From contig OZ024740.1 of assembly GCA_964016885.1 (NCBI GenBank), positions 202,120,001 to 202,184,000 of the forward strand: a stretch of DNA of 64,000 nt, read 5' to 3'. Below are positions 1 through 12,349 of the stretch, piece after piece. The stretch comes from Eledone cirrhosa (Eukaryota). Both the position numbers and the translations under genes were made by a program. The notes beneath the pieces were generated by a model. That model did not search any database and had not been told where the DNA came from. It saw nothing but the letters and a program-made list of their open reading frames with translations. The stretch's first letter is position 1, and each line of letters starts with the position of its first letter.

Positions 1-57
1 AACAAGGAAAAGATATTGAAGATTAAGAAAAGGAAGGAAAACACAGTTGAGGTATGT

Positions 58-405
58 ACCATATGAAACTGCACTAAGTAAACATGCTTGAAAAGTACAA
101 AACAACAATATGGCTGCATCACACTAAAAATTGAAGTCTTTATTTAAATACCACATGAAACTGCATTAGCAAGACATTCTTGAAAAATACAAAACAATAT
201 GGCTGCTTCACATTAAAAATTAAAGTCTTTACTTTAACACTGCATGGAACTTCATTAGCTAAAGATTCTTGGAAAATACAAAACAACACTATAACTGCAT
301 CACATTAAAAATGAAGTCCATATTTAAATACCACATGAAATTTCATTAGCTAAACACTCTTGAGAAGTACAAAACAGCACTATGACTGCATCACATTAAA
401 AATTA
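58..405. repeat. Degenerate ~90-bp tandem repeat, about 4 copies
   Basis: ccacatgaaactgcattagc...tggctgcatcacattaaaaat recurs at about 58, 150, 239 and 330. Confidence 0.8.
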
Positions 406-1009
406 ATGTGATAGTAAAGATACTAAAAACATTTGAATTAACAAACCCACATTTAGAACTTTTCTGCTAAAACATTACAGTGTTAAGAGTTAAGAAGAGA
501 AGGTAAAACATAAGCAGGGTATATCAGAGACATTGCCAATGCTATGTAACATATGAACAGCTATAATATTGAAAATTAATTCTTAACATCTTGTACCACA
601 TGAAACCTCATTAACAAGACATGAATATTGATGATTTAATTGATCAACTAATAGCTGATAAGCCTATTTTACATTTGAAAATGTTTGTGATGTATGTATG
701 ATAATGTTTATTACTAATTGCATTTGATGGTCTGTCCACAAGTAAAGGTACTATAAACATTTGAATTAACACACCAATTTTAAAACATTTTCTACCAAAT
801 CATTATAAGATATTAAGAATCAAGTAAAAGAATATGTTCAACTCTGAAACTGAAGATTAAGAAAAAGAAAGAAAACGTTCTCAAGTGAGAACCTGGAACC
901 TCAGAGATCGTGGTGTCATATTTTTTAAACTGAAGGACATATCAAAAATGTAACTGTTTGTGATGTTGATGTGCAGTGATGGACCTACATTTTGATGACC
1001 CAGTACCTA

Positions 1010-1575
1010 AACTGTTACAGGGATCCCTTGAAACTAGTGAGTATAAGGCATCAGTTGCTTCTGAGACCCCTCCATAAATAGAGGCCCTGAAGCTTGAACT
1101 GTTATGGTAACCAGAAAGAATAAGACAACAGTGGCTTCTGAGACCCCTCGAGAGTTACACTCCCTGAAGCTTGAACTGTTTTTAGGGCCCCTTGGCAACC
1201 AGAAAGAATAAGGCAACAGTTGCTTCTGAGACCCCTTCAGTGATAGAGTCCCAGAAGCTTGAACTGTTATGTGGGGCCCTTGGCAACCAGAGAGAATAAA
1301 ATAGCAGTTGCTTCTGAAGCCCCTTCCAAAGATAGAGTCCCTGAATGTTTGAACTGTTTTAAGGGCTCCTTGGCAACCAGAGTGAATAAGGTACCAGTAG
1401 CTTCTGAAACCCTTCAGAGTTCGAGTCCCTGAAACTTGAACTGTTATGAGGCTCCCTTGGCAGCCAAAAAGAATGAGGTACCAGTTGCTTCTGAGGCCTC
1501 TCCAGAGATAGAGTCCCTGAAGTTTGAACTGTTATGAGGGCTCCTCAAGAGATAGAGTCACTGAAGTTTAAACTC
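1010..1575. repeat. ~88-bp tandem repeat, about 6 copies
   Basis: gttgcttctgagaccc...gagtccctgaagcttgaactgtt...cttggcaaccag recurs at about 1054, 1131, 1219, 1307, 1397 and 1484. Confidence 0.85.
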
Positions 1576-1866
1576 CATTAGATTTATAATAGATCTACCA
1601 CTGCTGATATGGTTAAAACACTGCTGGAACCTTTAACTTGCTTCTCCTTCTCATAAATTCTCTAAAGAAGATTTGTCTTTATGTTTTTTCTTTCGTATTT
1701 TCTTTTCATTGTGTAATTTTTGTTTAGGAATGATATAACAATGATGGATGTTATTTTCTCAACTGATGCAATAGTTACACTGAATCACTGTCTTACACAT
1801 GTTAATAATTATATCTGCTGCAAATGTTTTTGACACAATTTATGACAATCTTTCTTTATTTATCAT

Positions 1867-1950
<84 letters not shown>

Positions 1951-2164
1951 ATATTATATATATATATATATATCATCATCATCATCATCGTTTAACGTCC
2001 ATATTCCACGCTTGCATGGGTTTGGACGGGCTATATATATATATATATATATATACGTATGATGATGATATATATATATCAAGTAAAGCAACAGAGTAAA
2101 GGACTCGCGTTAAACCCTGTAATTTAATGAGCTCAAAGGAAATAAGTTTTCCTGGGTTCTTATA

Positions 2165-2250
<86 letters not shown>

Positions 2251-2320
2251 GAAAGACGTAAAATAAGAAAATTATAAAAATGAACTTACTTACTAAAATT
2301 TCACTCCAACTAATTAGTTT

Positions 2321-2392
<72 letters not shown>

Positions 2393-2465
2393 GTAAATGG
2401 TAAACAGAAATAACAAAGCAAACGACACAGTACATGGAAGAAATATATTATATATATATATATAA

Positions 2466-2565
<100 letters not shown>

Positions 2566-2589
2566 TATTATATATATATATATATATAT

Positions 2590-4557
2590 TTCGTTTCTGA
2601 ATTTGTTTAGCAAGATTCTTTATCTGAAAACGTGTGTTGAAACCGATATTGTTATACTTTGGGAGGGTCATGTTGCCAATAAGAAACACACGCACCAGTT
2701 GCTTTCACTTCAATTTATTATAATAAATTTATAAATTTAGGAATTTATAAATTTCCGGTTGGTTGGTTGGTTCCACAACCAGATGGTTGTTTATATATTG
2801 TCAAAGTTCTTTCGTCACACATTCTGTGACCTCTTCAGTGACTGGGGATTCTTTTCTTTGTTTTTGTGCCTCTCCTTTGTTCTGTCCTACGCCATCTTGT
2901 TTCTGTGTGTTGTGTGCTCAGTCTGCGCATGCGCCACATCCAGGTGTCTGTGTGTGTTTATATTTGTTTATTTATTTGTTTATTTACATGTTACAGGTTG
3001 GTTGTTTGTTCTATGTGCGTGTGTGTTTTCATTTTGTCCTTAATTCTAAGTTGTGATGTTGCTGTTCCACTCATGTTTTCTATTTAATTTTGGTTGTAAT
3101 TCTTTTATGTTTATTGCCTCTGTGATTTGTCTAAACATTGCGTCTTTTCTGTGTGTAGATTCTATTTTTATTTCTATGTTCTCTAATTTACCCTTATGTT
3201 CTATTTTAGCATGTTGGTAGAGTACAGATGATTCTTTACTATCTTGAAGGTCTCGCCAGTGTTCATTTATCCGTTCCCCTATGCTACGAGCTGTCTCACC
3301 TATGTACATTATATTTTTGTCTCTACATTGTCCTTCAGTACATCTTATGCTATATACTACATTTCTAGTTTTACAGTTAATATGGGAGCTTAATTTACAG
3401 GTTATACATTTCTTATCTATACAGGGGGGTCTTTGAAAAGGGTATGTCTTGCTAATAAGTGTTTTTACGGAGGTACCTGGTCTTTCTACTATCTTAATAT
3501 TGAGTTTATGTTTATCTAGGGCCCTTCTAAATTTGTAAGCTAATTCACCTCTAGGGGTTGTATCGATGAACATTATACTCTGGTATTTATTGCTATCATA
3601 CCATGAGTTTATTCTATTAGCCTTATTCCTAGTTCTTTCTATTCTATTCCAAAATTTGCTCCTATACAAGGGGTAGGTCCCATTTCTGTCATTATTTACC
3701 ATTTTTTCCCATTTGGTTCTGGCTCCTCTATACACTCTGATTTTATCTCTCTGATTGTAACCAGAGAACTGTTGGGGTGTTTACTTGGGTAGTCTATAGT
3801 AACTCTAATACTCTAGTGGATGAAGTTAGCTATTTGCTGGATGCTTTCCATTGTGTTTTTCTCTAATTCCTGACTGTTCTCTAGTGGGGGTGTTTTAACT
3901 ACATGTTTATATCATCAACGTAGCGGGAGTACATTATCAGGGTTAAGGGGTCTTCTAATTGTTCTTTAAGTTTAAGTTTAAGTCTACTGTCCCACCATAC
4001 CATGAATAAGTTAGCTATGTCGCCTGCAATGCTAACACCAATGGCTGCTCCTTCCTCTTGGGCATATGTTTTTCCATTAAATTTGAACATATGTTCCTTA
4101 AGGGTTAATTTTATGCTGGCCCCCACCGCATGTGCAATCATTTTCTTCAGTTCATCGTGGTTTTCAGGTGTCCGTATGGCTCTGGTCCACCCGTTCCATC
4201 TATCTGTGTGGGTTTTCTTGGCCATTGAGGTAATGGTAGGTGGTCTGCCTCTTGCTGGTCTTGTAGGGCACAGGTTGCTAAGGTCATATGTGTCTAGGTA
4301 ATTATTACTATAGGTAAGTTTAAGTAGGAGTCCCAGCTCACTGGTATCAATCCCACGGAACTCAACATTGCTCTCACTGATCATTTCTACGCATTTCTCC
4401 ACAGCAAAATCCACGTCAATAGATGGATACAGGGACACAACATCCATACTACCTATTATGCAGTTTGTTAGGTCCCTAGATCGGTTACCCACGCCGATTC
4501 TGCTGAGAGTAACCGATCTAGGGACCTAACAAACTGCATAATAGGTAGTATGGATGT
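2590..4557 (-). mobile_element. Penelope-like retroelement (5'-truncated, internally deleted): RT + C-terminal GIY-YIG endonuclease + 3' pseudo-LTR
   Basis: ORF 3899-4492 has RT motifs A (SMDVVSLYPSID), B (QEEGAAIG..IANLFM) and C (RYVDD). ORF 3046-3735 has a Cys linker (CIDKKCITC), VVYSIRC...YIGET.R..RINEH and EAINIK..PKLN. It ends in (TA)n and has a 49-bp perfect inversion at the 5' break (4440-4488/4509-4557). Confidence 0.92.
2800..2842 (-). ncRNA. Minimal type I hammerhead ribozyme in PLE pseudo-LTR
   Basis: GUCA CUGAAGA G GUCACA-GAAUG-UGUGAC GAAA G-AA-C UU UGAC: stem I GUCA/UGAC, 6-bp stem II, intact cores, CUU cleavage triplet. Confidence 0.85.
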
Positions 4558-5165
4558 ATTTTGACTTGACTGAATAATCAGGCTTGTTGATAATTTTTGG
4601 TTTCAGCCTTGTTGTTTCTGCCACAAACCCTGGCACTTCCACCCATGATGTGGAAGAGCAGAAGATATCCAAATAACAGGATTTAACCAGCCAATTCCTT
4701 TCTGTGTTGGTTGCTGTCAAGACCTCCAATGTCTTGGTCCTTAGACTGCCATTTTCCTGTGCAAAATTAGGTGGAGTGTCTTCCTTCTGAGGAAGAAGTC
4801 CAATGAGATTGAATGACTAAAGCAGTAGATGTCTCTGACTGTCCTCTATGACAATGCTTTCGCTATATTATCCACAAGGCAGAGCTGAGATACACCACTT
4901 AGCTAAAGGGACACAGAATCTTCCCCTGCTTTCCTCATTCCTCTTTTATCATTGTTATTTTCTCTCTTCTTCTTTATTAGTTTACTCCTTTCTTTTCTCA
5001 ATACTTTTATAATCCTATATTTCTCTTCAACCATAAATTTATGTCTTTATTACTGGAGGGAAAAAATAGAGTCCCCAACAATTGTGGAACAAAGTCAAGA
5101 TAATAGATGAGGAACAACTCTGGGAGATAAGGTAATTGAAAGAATCAGCTTTTACGTTGGGCTCT

Positions 5166-5970
5166 GATAACCACATCAATAGGCCTAGTATAGAGATAAC
5201 CACATCAATAGGCCTAGCATAGAGATAACCACATCTATAGGCCTAGTATAGAGATAACCACATCAATAGGCCTAGCATAGATTTAACCACATCTATAGGC
5301 CTAGTATAGAGATAACCACATCAATAGGCCTAGTATAGATTTAACCACATCAATAGGCCTAGTATAGAGATAACCACATCAATAGGCCTAGCATAGAGAT
5401 AACCACATCTATAGGCCTAGTATAGAGATAACCACATCAATAGGCCTAGCATAGATTTAACCACATCTATAGGCCTAGTATAGAGATAACCACATCAATA
5501 GGCCTAGCATAGATTTAACCACATCTATAGGCCTAGTATAGATATAACCACATCAATAGGCCTAGCATAGAGCCACATCTATAGGCCTAGTATAGATTTA
5601 ACCACATCAATAGGCCTAGCATAGATTTAACCACATCAATAAGCCTAGTATAGAGATAACCACATCAATAGGCCTAGCATAGATTTAACCACATCTATAG
5701 GCCTAGTATAGATATAACCACATCAATAGGCCTAGCATAGATTTAACCACATCAATAGGCCTAGTATAGATATAACCACATCAATAGGCCTAGCATAGAT
5801 TTAACCACATCTATAGGCCTAGTATAGATATAACCACATCTATAGGCCTAGTATAGATATAACCACATCAATAGGCCTAGCATAGAGCCACATCTATAGG
5901 CCTAGTATAGATATAACCACATCAATAGGCCTAGTATAGGGGTAACCACATCAATAGGCCTAGTATAGAT
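5166..5970. repeat. 29-bp minisatellite, about 28 copies
   Basis: Unit gataaccacatcaataggcctagtataga with variants; contains the palindrome TAGGCCTA. Confidence 0.95.
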
Positions 5971-6191
5971 ACGAACATCATATGGGATATTTTCATTTCC
6001 ATTTGGCTCTGATAAACACATCAATAGGGCCTGCCATAGATATGAATACCACATGAGTGTATCTCGTTTAGAAAGAAAAAGTATTAACCCTAGAGCCAGA
6101 AAAATAAGTTATACTTAAAGCTCCTAATTTCCAGTCTATATTTGTTCTGTGAAACAATTGATTAGTGACTTTATTAAGTATCAACTGTTAA

Positions 6192-6894
6192 CACTTTTCA
6201 TACCAACATAAACAAAACCACCCCTGGTTCTATGAAATAAACCACCTCTGGTTCTATGAAATAAATCACCTGGTTCTATGAAATAAAACCACCCCTGGTT
6301 CTATGAAATAAACCACCCCTGGTTCTATGAAATAAACCACCCCTGGTTCTATGAAATAAAACCACCCCTGGTTCTTTGAAATAAACCACCCCTGGTTCTA
6401 TGAAATAAACCACCTCTGGTTCTATGAAATAAAACCACCCCTGGTTCTCTGAAATAAACCACCCCTGGTTCTATGAAATAAACCACCTCTGGTTCTATGA
6501 AATAAAACCACCCCTGGTTCTATGAAATAAACCACCCCTGGTTCTATGAAATAAACCACCCCTGGTTCTATGAAATAAAACCACCTCTGGTTCTATGAAA
6601 TAAATCACCCCTGGTTCTATGAAATAAATCACCCCTGGTTCTATGAAATAAATCACCCCTGGTTATATGAAATAAATCACCCCTGGTTCTATGAAATAAA
6701 ACCACTACTGGTTCTACGAAACCACCCACCTTTAACTTAAAATCTTCCAACATGAAATCATATAAGAGCTATTTGTTCAATTATGTTACAAATACCATCT
6801 TAAGAAAAAAATAATGAAAAATTCTAGTAAATCCTTTCAAATCCTTCATCAATTAATTAGTGTATTTTTCATTACAAATATGACCATAAAAGGG
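6192..6894. mobile_element. TTAA-flanked (piggyBac-type) MITE with internal minisatellite
   Basis: ttaa|cacttttcatacc ... accataaaaggg|ttaa. Same family as 29961-30807 in the opposite orientation. Confidence 0.65.
6215..6730. repeat. 24-bp minisatellite, about 21 copies
   Basis: Unit aaataaaccacccctggttctatg. Confidence 0.95.
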
Positions 6895-7287
6895 TTAAGA
6901 GTTGTAGATTACTTGGTGGGTATGAGTTCAATTACTGGGTCAGTTAATCTATATTTCTGACACAAATAGAACAAGCAAATAGCAAAAGAAACAAAGTCTT
7001 TCTCATGGGTTTGGAATAAAATTCCAAAGATATTACTGAACATGACAGGCATCTGAAGAAGTCTGGAGGGTACAACAGATTAGGACACTAGTTCAAATAC
7101 ATATATATCTTATATCTTATATCATATATCATATATATATATATATATATATACATAAAGTTTCAGAAGATCCCGTTAAGGGAGAAAGCAGCGATTCTTT
7201 GCTTAAACTTTAATCTGTTATTTTAATATATATATATATATTAAAAGATTGGAGGCCATAATCAGTTGATTCAGTTTTATTTAAAAC

Positions 7288-7351
7288 TCTGCTATACATA
7301 TTTCACTGAGGACTATCAGTTATGATACCCTGAACTCCTCAGACAGCAAAA
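7288..7351 (-). ncRNA. Degenerate type I hammerhead motif
   Basis: UUUUGCUGU CUGAGGA [long stem II with UAUCA/UGAUA] GAAA UAUG UA UAGCAGAG, followed by AATAAA and (TA)n. Register is off by 1 nt at the cleavage site. Confidence 0.6.
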
Positions 7352-8729
7352 CCTACAAAAACTTGAAAACATTAAAAGTTCCTCAAAAAAGAAAAATCTA
7401 AAAAAAAAATCCAAACAGTTAGGTATGTAACAACAGTTACATGCGATGTACCATTTGAAGTACTCAATGTTGTTACAAGTTCCATCTCGTGTGAGTTGTA
7501 TTCCAGAGTTAAGGTGGTGGCTGTAGTGTGCAGAGTGTAAATAGATTTAAAAGAGTCAACGTCAGTGTTGCAGCATATGTACAAACTTTATTGACATATT
7601 ACAATTGTTTTGATATCAATCAGTTCAGGGTACAATCAAGGTGATGGGGACCAACTCATTTTCGACATCTTATTTATATGTGCAAGGACACATGTTGAAA
7701 AAGTCGGGCCCCATCACCTTGATTGTACCCTGAACTGATCGATACCGAATCAGTTGTATTATACCAATAAAGTGTGTACATATGCTGCAACACTGACTTC
7801 GATTCTTATATATATATATATATCAGGATGAAACCAGTATTAAACTAGTTTGACTGTATTGGAAAGAGTGGGGCTCGACGGCTATATATATATATGTATA
7901 TATAGTAGGAACTAGATACCGAAACAGCAAGAGCTCATCCGTTAGGCCCCAATGTGTGTGCGAATGTATATATATGTGTATATATGTACGTCAATACTCA
8001 TCTTTTTCCATTTATCTGAGGGTTCTAAACCCCATTATCAGACTAAAATTTCTTTAGTCAAAAAATACGGTGAAAGCTATTCTATTTCTAATTTCAAACC
8101 TGCTCACTGTTTCAAGTAGATATAAATATATATATATGGGAAGGAATAAACATGACCATGATGTCTAGTGATTTCAGCTTGATTTCGTCAAGCCTTTTCA
8201 AGGATGTAAAAGACTTACCAGGGTATGAAAAGACTTGCCAAATACAAGCAAAGTCACTGGGTATCCACGGTCAGATTTATACCTTCCCATTTATAACCCC
8301 TCTGCCTCATACCTATTTGTGGTCTCCTTGGTCTTGGCACTGCAGGCTTTATACATATATGTGTGTGTGTATGTATATATATATATATATTTAGTTTTGC
8401 ATCTATATTGTATCTGTATTATTTTTGACCGTCGGTCAGTCAATGGCAACATTGAGGACCGAGTAAGTTAGATTACCGATATAAAAGACACAGAAGCAAG
8501 AAGCGAAAACCAACCAAACAGTGAGTGTGTTCTGTTATTAATTCTGGCAATATTACACAAATATGACCCTCCTCAAGTATAACAATATATATATTTACAT
8601 ACATACATTATATGCATATGTATTTGATTATGTATATGTTCTTAAGTTATATTGTGTGTATATATTTATATTTTTATATATCTCTTTGTATGTGCATATA
8701 TATATGTAATCTATCTCTCTCTCTCTCCC

Positions 8730-8762
<33 letters not shown>

Positions 8763-9040
8763 ATGTATATAGATAGATAAAAATTGTATGCACATGTGTG
8801 TGAGAAATGTCCACTACTAGATTAAAAGAATATTACAATTTATTAAGAAAAGTTTCTTTTAAAACAGATGTCCATAAACTGTACTATATTGTATTTCGGT
8901 ATGTATATATATATCTAGTATTTTAGCTGATGCATGTGAAGTGACAATTTCTTATCATCTGTTATTTCTACATATACTTTTATAGGTATATTATATGTAT
9001 GTAGGTATGTATATGTATATATACATTTATACACACACAC

Positions 9041-9080
<40 letters not shown>

Positions 9081-9134
9081 GGTTTGTAAGCTAGCATCAT
9101 ATTTTTCTTATCAATATAATCTGTATTATCATTG

Positions 9135-9950
9135 CTGGATTGGCAGTATCGGTAGAGGGTCGGACGCCATGCTTTGACGCATAGAGTTACGGCCCTTGCC
9201 ATTCTGAGTTCAAATCCCGCCGAGGTTAACTTTGCCTTTCATCCTTACGGGGTTGATAAAATAAAGTACCAGTAATGCACTGGGTAATTGCTGGCCTTGT
9301 GCCAAAAGTAGAAACATTTATTATCATTATGGTGGGTTGGCAGAATCATTAGAGTACCAGGCAAAATACCTTGCAGTATTTAGATATGGTCTTTTACATT
9401 CTGAGTTCAAATCCCACTGTGGTCAACTTTGCCTTTCATCCTTCTAAGGTTGATAAAATAAAGTACCAGTCAAGTACTGGGGTGTATATAATTGACTTTC
9501 CCCTTCTGGCCTTGTACCAAAAATAGAAACAATTATTATCATTATCTAGGACGGTTGGTTGGTAGGATCGCTAGAGAGTCGGAAGCTATGCTTTACAACA
9601 TAGAGTTACGGCCCTTTACGGTTTGAACTGAAATCCCACCGAGGTTAACTTTGCCTTTCATCCTTTCGGGGGTCGATAAAATAAAGCACCAGTAATGCAC
9701 TGGGGTAATTGCTGGCCTTGTGCCAAAAGTAGAAACAATTATTATTATCATTATTATTCTAGGGCGGTGGATTGGCAGTATCGGTAGAGGGTCGGACGCC
9801 ATGTTTTCCAGCATAGTTACGTCCCTTTACGATCTGAGTTCAAATCCCGCCGAGGTTGACTTTGCCTTTCATCCTTACGGGGTCGATAAAATAAAGTACC
9901 AGTAATGCACTGGATAATTGCTGGCCTTGTGCCTAAAGTAGAAACAATTA
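9135..9950 (+). mobile_element. Four head-to-tail tRNA-derived SINEs (~190 bp each)
   Basis: Each has an A-box-like TGGCAGTATCGG, a B-box GAGTTCAAATCC, central gactttgcctttcatccttacggggtcgataaaataaagtaccag and an attatt tail. Confidence 0.9.
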
Positions 9951-10269
9951 TTATTCTGTATCAATTTTAACCGTTTTTGCTTTTAAGACTTGCTGAGGTT
10001 TCTTGACCAATGAAAACTTTTAATTCCTTATGTAGATTAAATTTGTAACACACCTAATACCTGTCTCTCTGTCTCTTTTTTCCTCTTTCACTCACTCACA
10101 CACAGTTTCTCTCGTTTGAAAGATATAAATATATGATTTGTGACAGTGGAAAAAGAGTCCTTGAAACATTTCTCTGTGTTGATTTAAAAAATCCTTTTTT
10201 TCTTAATTGTGTAGGAAATATGGATTCTTTTTAACTATTTTGTGTGTATGTGCGTGCATATATATAAGT

Positions 10270-11777
10270 ATGTATATGACATGACAAAATGCACCCAGCC
10301 CACACTGTAAAGTAGTCATATAGGTGACATGACAAAATGCACTCAGTCCACACTGTAAATGTGGTTGGTGTTAGGAAGGGCATCCAGCTATAGAAACCAA
10401 GCCAAAAGCAGTCCTGTATGAGCAAGGCATGGTCACCTGACCTGGCATTTCTCACAACCGGACAACTCATCTAACCCATGCTAACGTGGAAAATACCGCT
10501 TTTTGTCGTGTTGCCATGACAAGCACTTCATAGTGTGTGCTGGAGGTTCCACTAGATGTATTTTTTCAGCCTGTTCTCATGAGAGGGTGAGGTGGGTGAT
10601 TTAGAGGTGGGGGGGGGGTGCATACCACATTTATGCTTCAGCTTCAGCCTGTGTCCATGGGAAGGCGGGTCTTCTGTATTACTGCATATATATATCATCA
10701 TCATCATCATCATCGTCATCTCCGTTTCACGTCCATGTTTCCATGGTAGTTATAAATTAGATAGAAGGGCACCCAATATTGAATACAAGAATTTATTAAA
10801 CTACTCTAAATACAAAATGTTTTGCTTTGTAATATTGTTTGCTTACAGAAACTGTTTTGATATATTAAATATAGTCAACTCTTTTTTAACAAATCTAACT
10901 TGTTCCTGTATCTCATTTGTTATCAATTGAAATATATGTATTTGTCCCCAAACCTCATTCAATACTGGAAGTCTACACCCAAAACACCATCATTGTCATC
11001 ATCATCAGTGTTTTACATCTATTTTCCATACTGGCATGGGTTAAACAGGTTGTCGCATTCTGTAAGTTGACCGGTCAGATGACTATGCCTTGGCCATACA
11101 TTCCATTTTAGCATGGTCTCTATGGCTTGTTGTCTTTCCTTACAGCATGTAGGGAGTGCTTTTTATTGTGTGACCAGCACTATAATTTTACTGCATGTAC
11201 TGGGTGCTTTTTATTGTGTGACCAGCACTACCACCATACAGGATGGACTGAGTGCTTTTTATTGTGTGACCAGCACTATAATTTTACTGCATGTACTGGG
11301 TGCTTTTTGCTGATGGACCAGCACTACCACCTTACAGGATGGATTGGGTGCTTTTTATCATAGCACCAGCACAGACATATTTTTCAAAAGCAAACATACC
11401 CATAAGAGTTTCATCATCATCATCACCATCACCATTTAATGTTTTTTTTTGCATGCTTACACAGGTCAGACAGGTTGTCACATTATGAGATTAGTCAGGT
11501 CAGGTGTTTAGGTCTTTGTTTCTACAGCTGAATGCCCTCCTAATGCCAACCACATTACAGCATTAACTGGGTACTTTTCATTGTGGTACCAAAATCACCC
11601 CCTAACAGGATGGACTGGGTGCTTTTTCATCATGGTACCAGCTTGACCACCAAAACCAAATTATAAATATAAATATGAACAGTCCTATACGAGCGAGATA
11701 TGATCACCCGACCCAACTTGCCCCAAATGGAACAAACCTATCTAACCCATGCTAGCGTGGAAGGTAAACATTAAACG

Positions 11778-11790
<13 letters not shown>
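10270..11790. mobile_element. Cluster of RTE 3'-UTR-derived repeats in both orientations
   Basis: Recurrent ctggatgcccttcctaa.ccaaccac / acccatgctagc.tggaa motifs with (CAT)n/(GAT)n tails, shared with the RTE 3' UTRs at 51540-51670 and 56760-56935. Confidence 0.7.
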
Positions 11791-11812
<22 letters not shown>

Positions 11813-12349
11813 TGCATATAATAAAAACAATGTAATAAGTGTACAATAAGGTAACAAATTGTAAGAATAAATAAACAGAAAGAAAAAATCTGCTTTGAAC
11901 TTGTTTTGTTTATGTTAGCAGCTCAATCTTTCATAAGCTTAGTTTTTAATTTGTCATTTTTGTATGAAATCTTGTTAACATGATTTCATTTGTTCCTTTG
12001 ATAAATCATTGGAAAAGGATTCCTTACCATGACCTTTCTTACAACAGACATTTGTAAGGGTGCACTGTATCTAAATCTTATTGTCTTTACTGGGAGAGAG
12101 GAATATATTATCATTACTGGCAGAGAATATTGGTAGATATGTTAGAATATTGGACAAAATTCCTTGCAATATTTATTCTGGCTCTTTGTCTTCTGAGTTC
12201 AGATTCTGCCACGGTCAACTTTGCTCTTCATCTTTTCAAAATCAATAAATATAGCAATATAGCACCAGTCTAGGGTGAATTAGTGGAAATGCTAAAGAGT
12301 TGTGTGAGATGCCTTGTGGTATTTATTTCAGTCCTTTGTATGATGGTGG

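Noticed and set aside
4607-4745. Cys-rich frame PCCFCHKPWHFHP*CG...FCVGC resembling a PHD or zinc knuckle
   Set aside because: In-frame stop, short, and no supporting context; at best an unassignable remnant.
7050-7095. CTGAAGA followed by a weak stem as a hammerhead
   Set aside because: No GAAA box and no stem I/III; similar partial hits at 2623 and 8015-8045 were also dropped.
9135-9230. tRNA gene calls from A/B boxes
   Set aside because: These are SINE heads with no cloverleaf and a shared SINE body.
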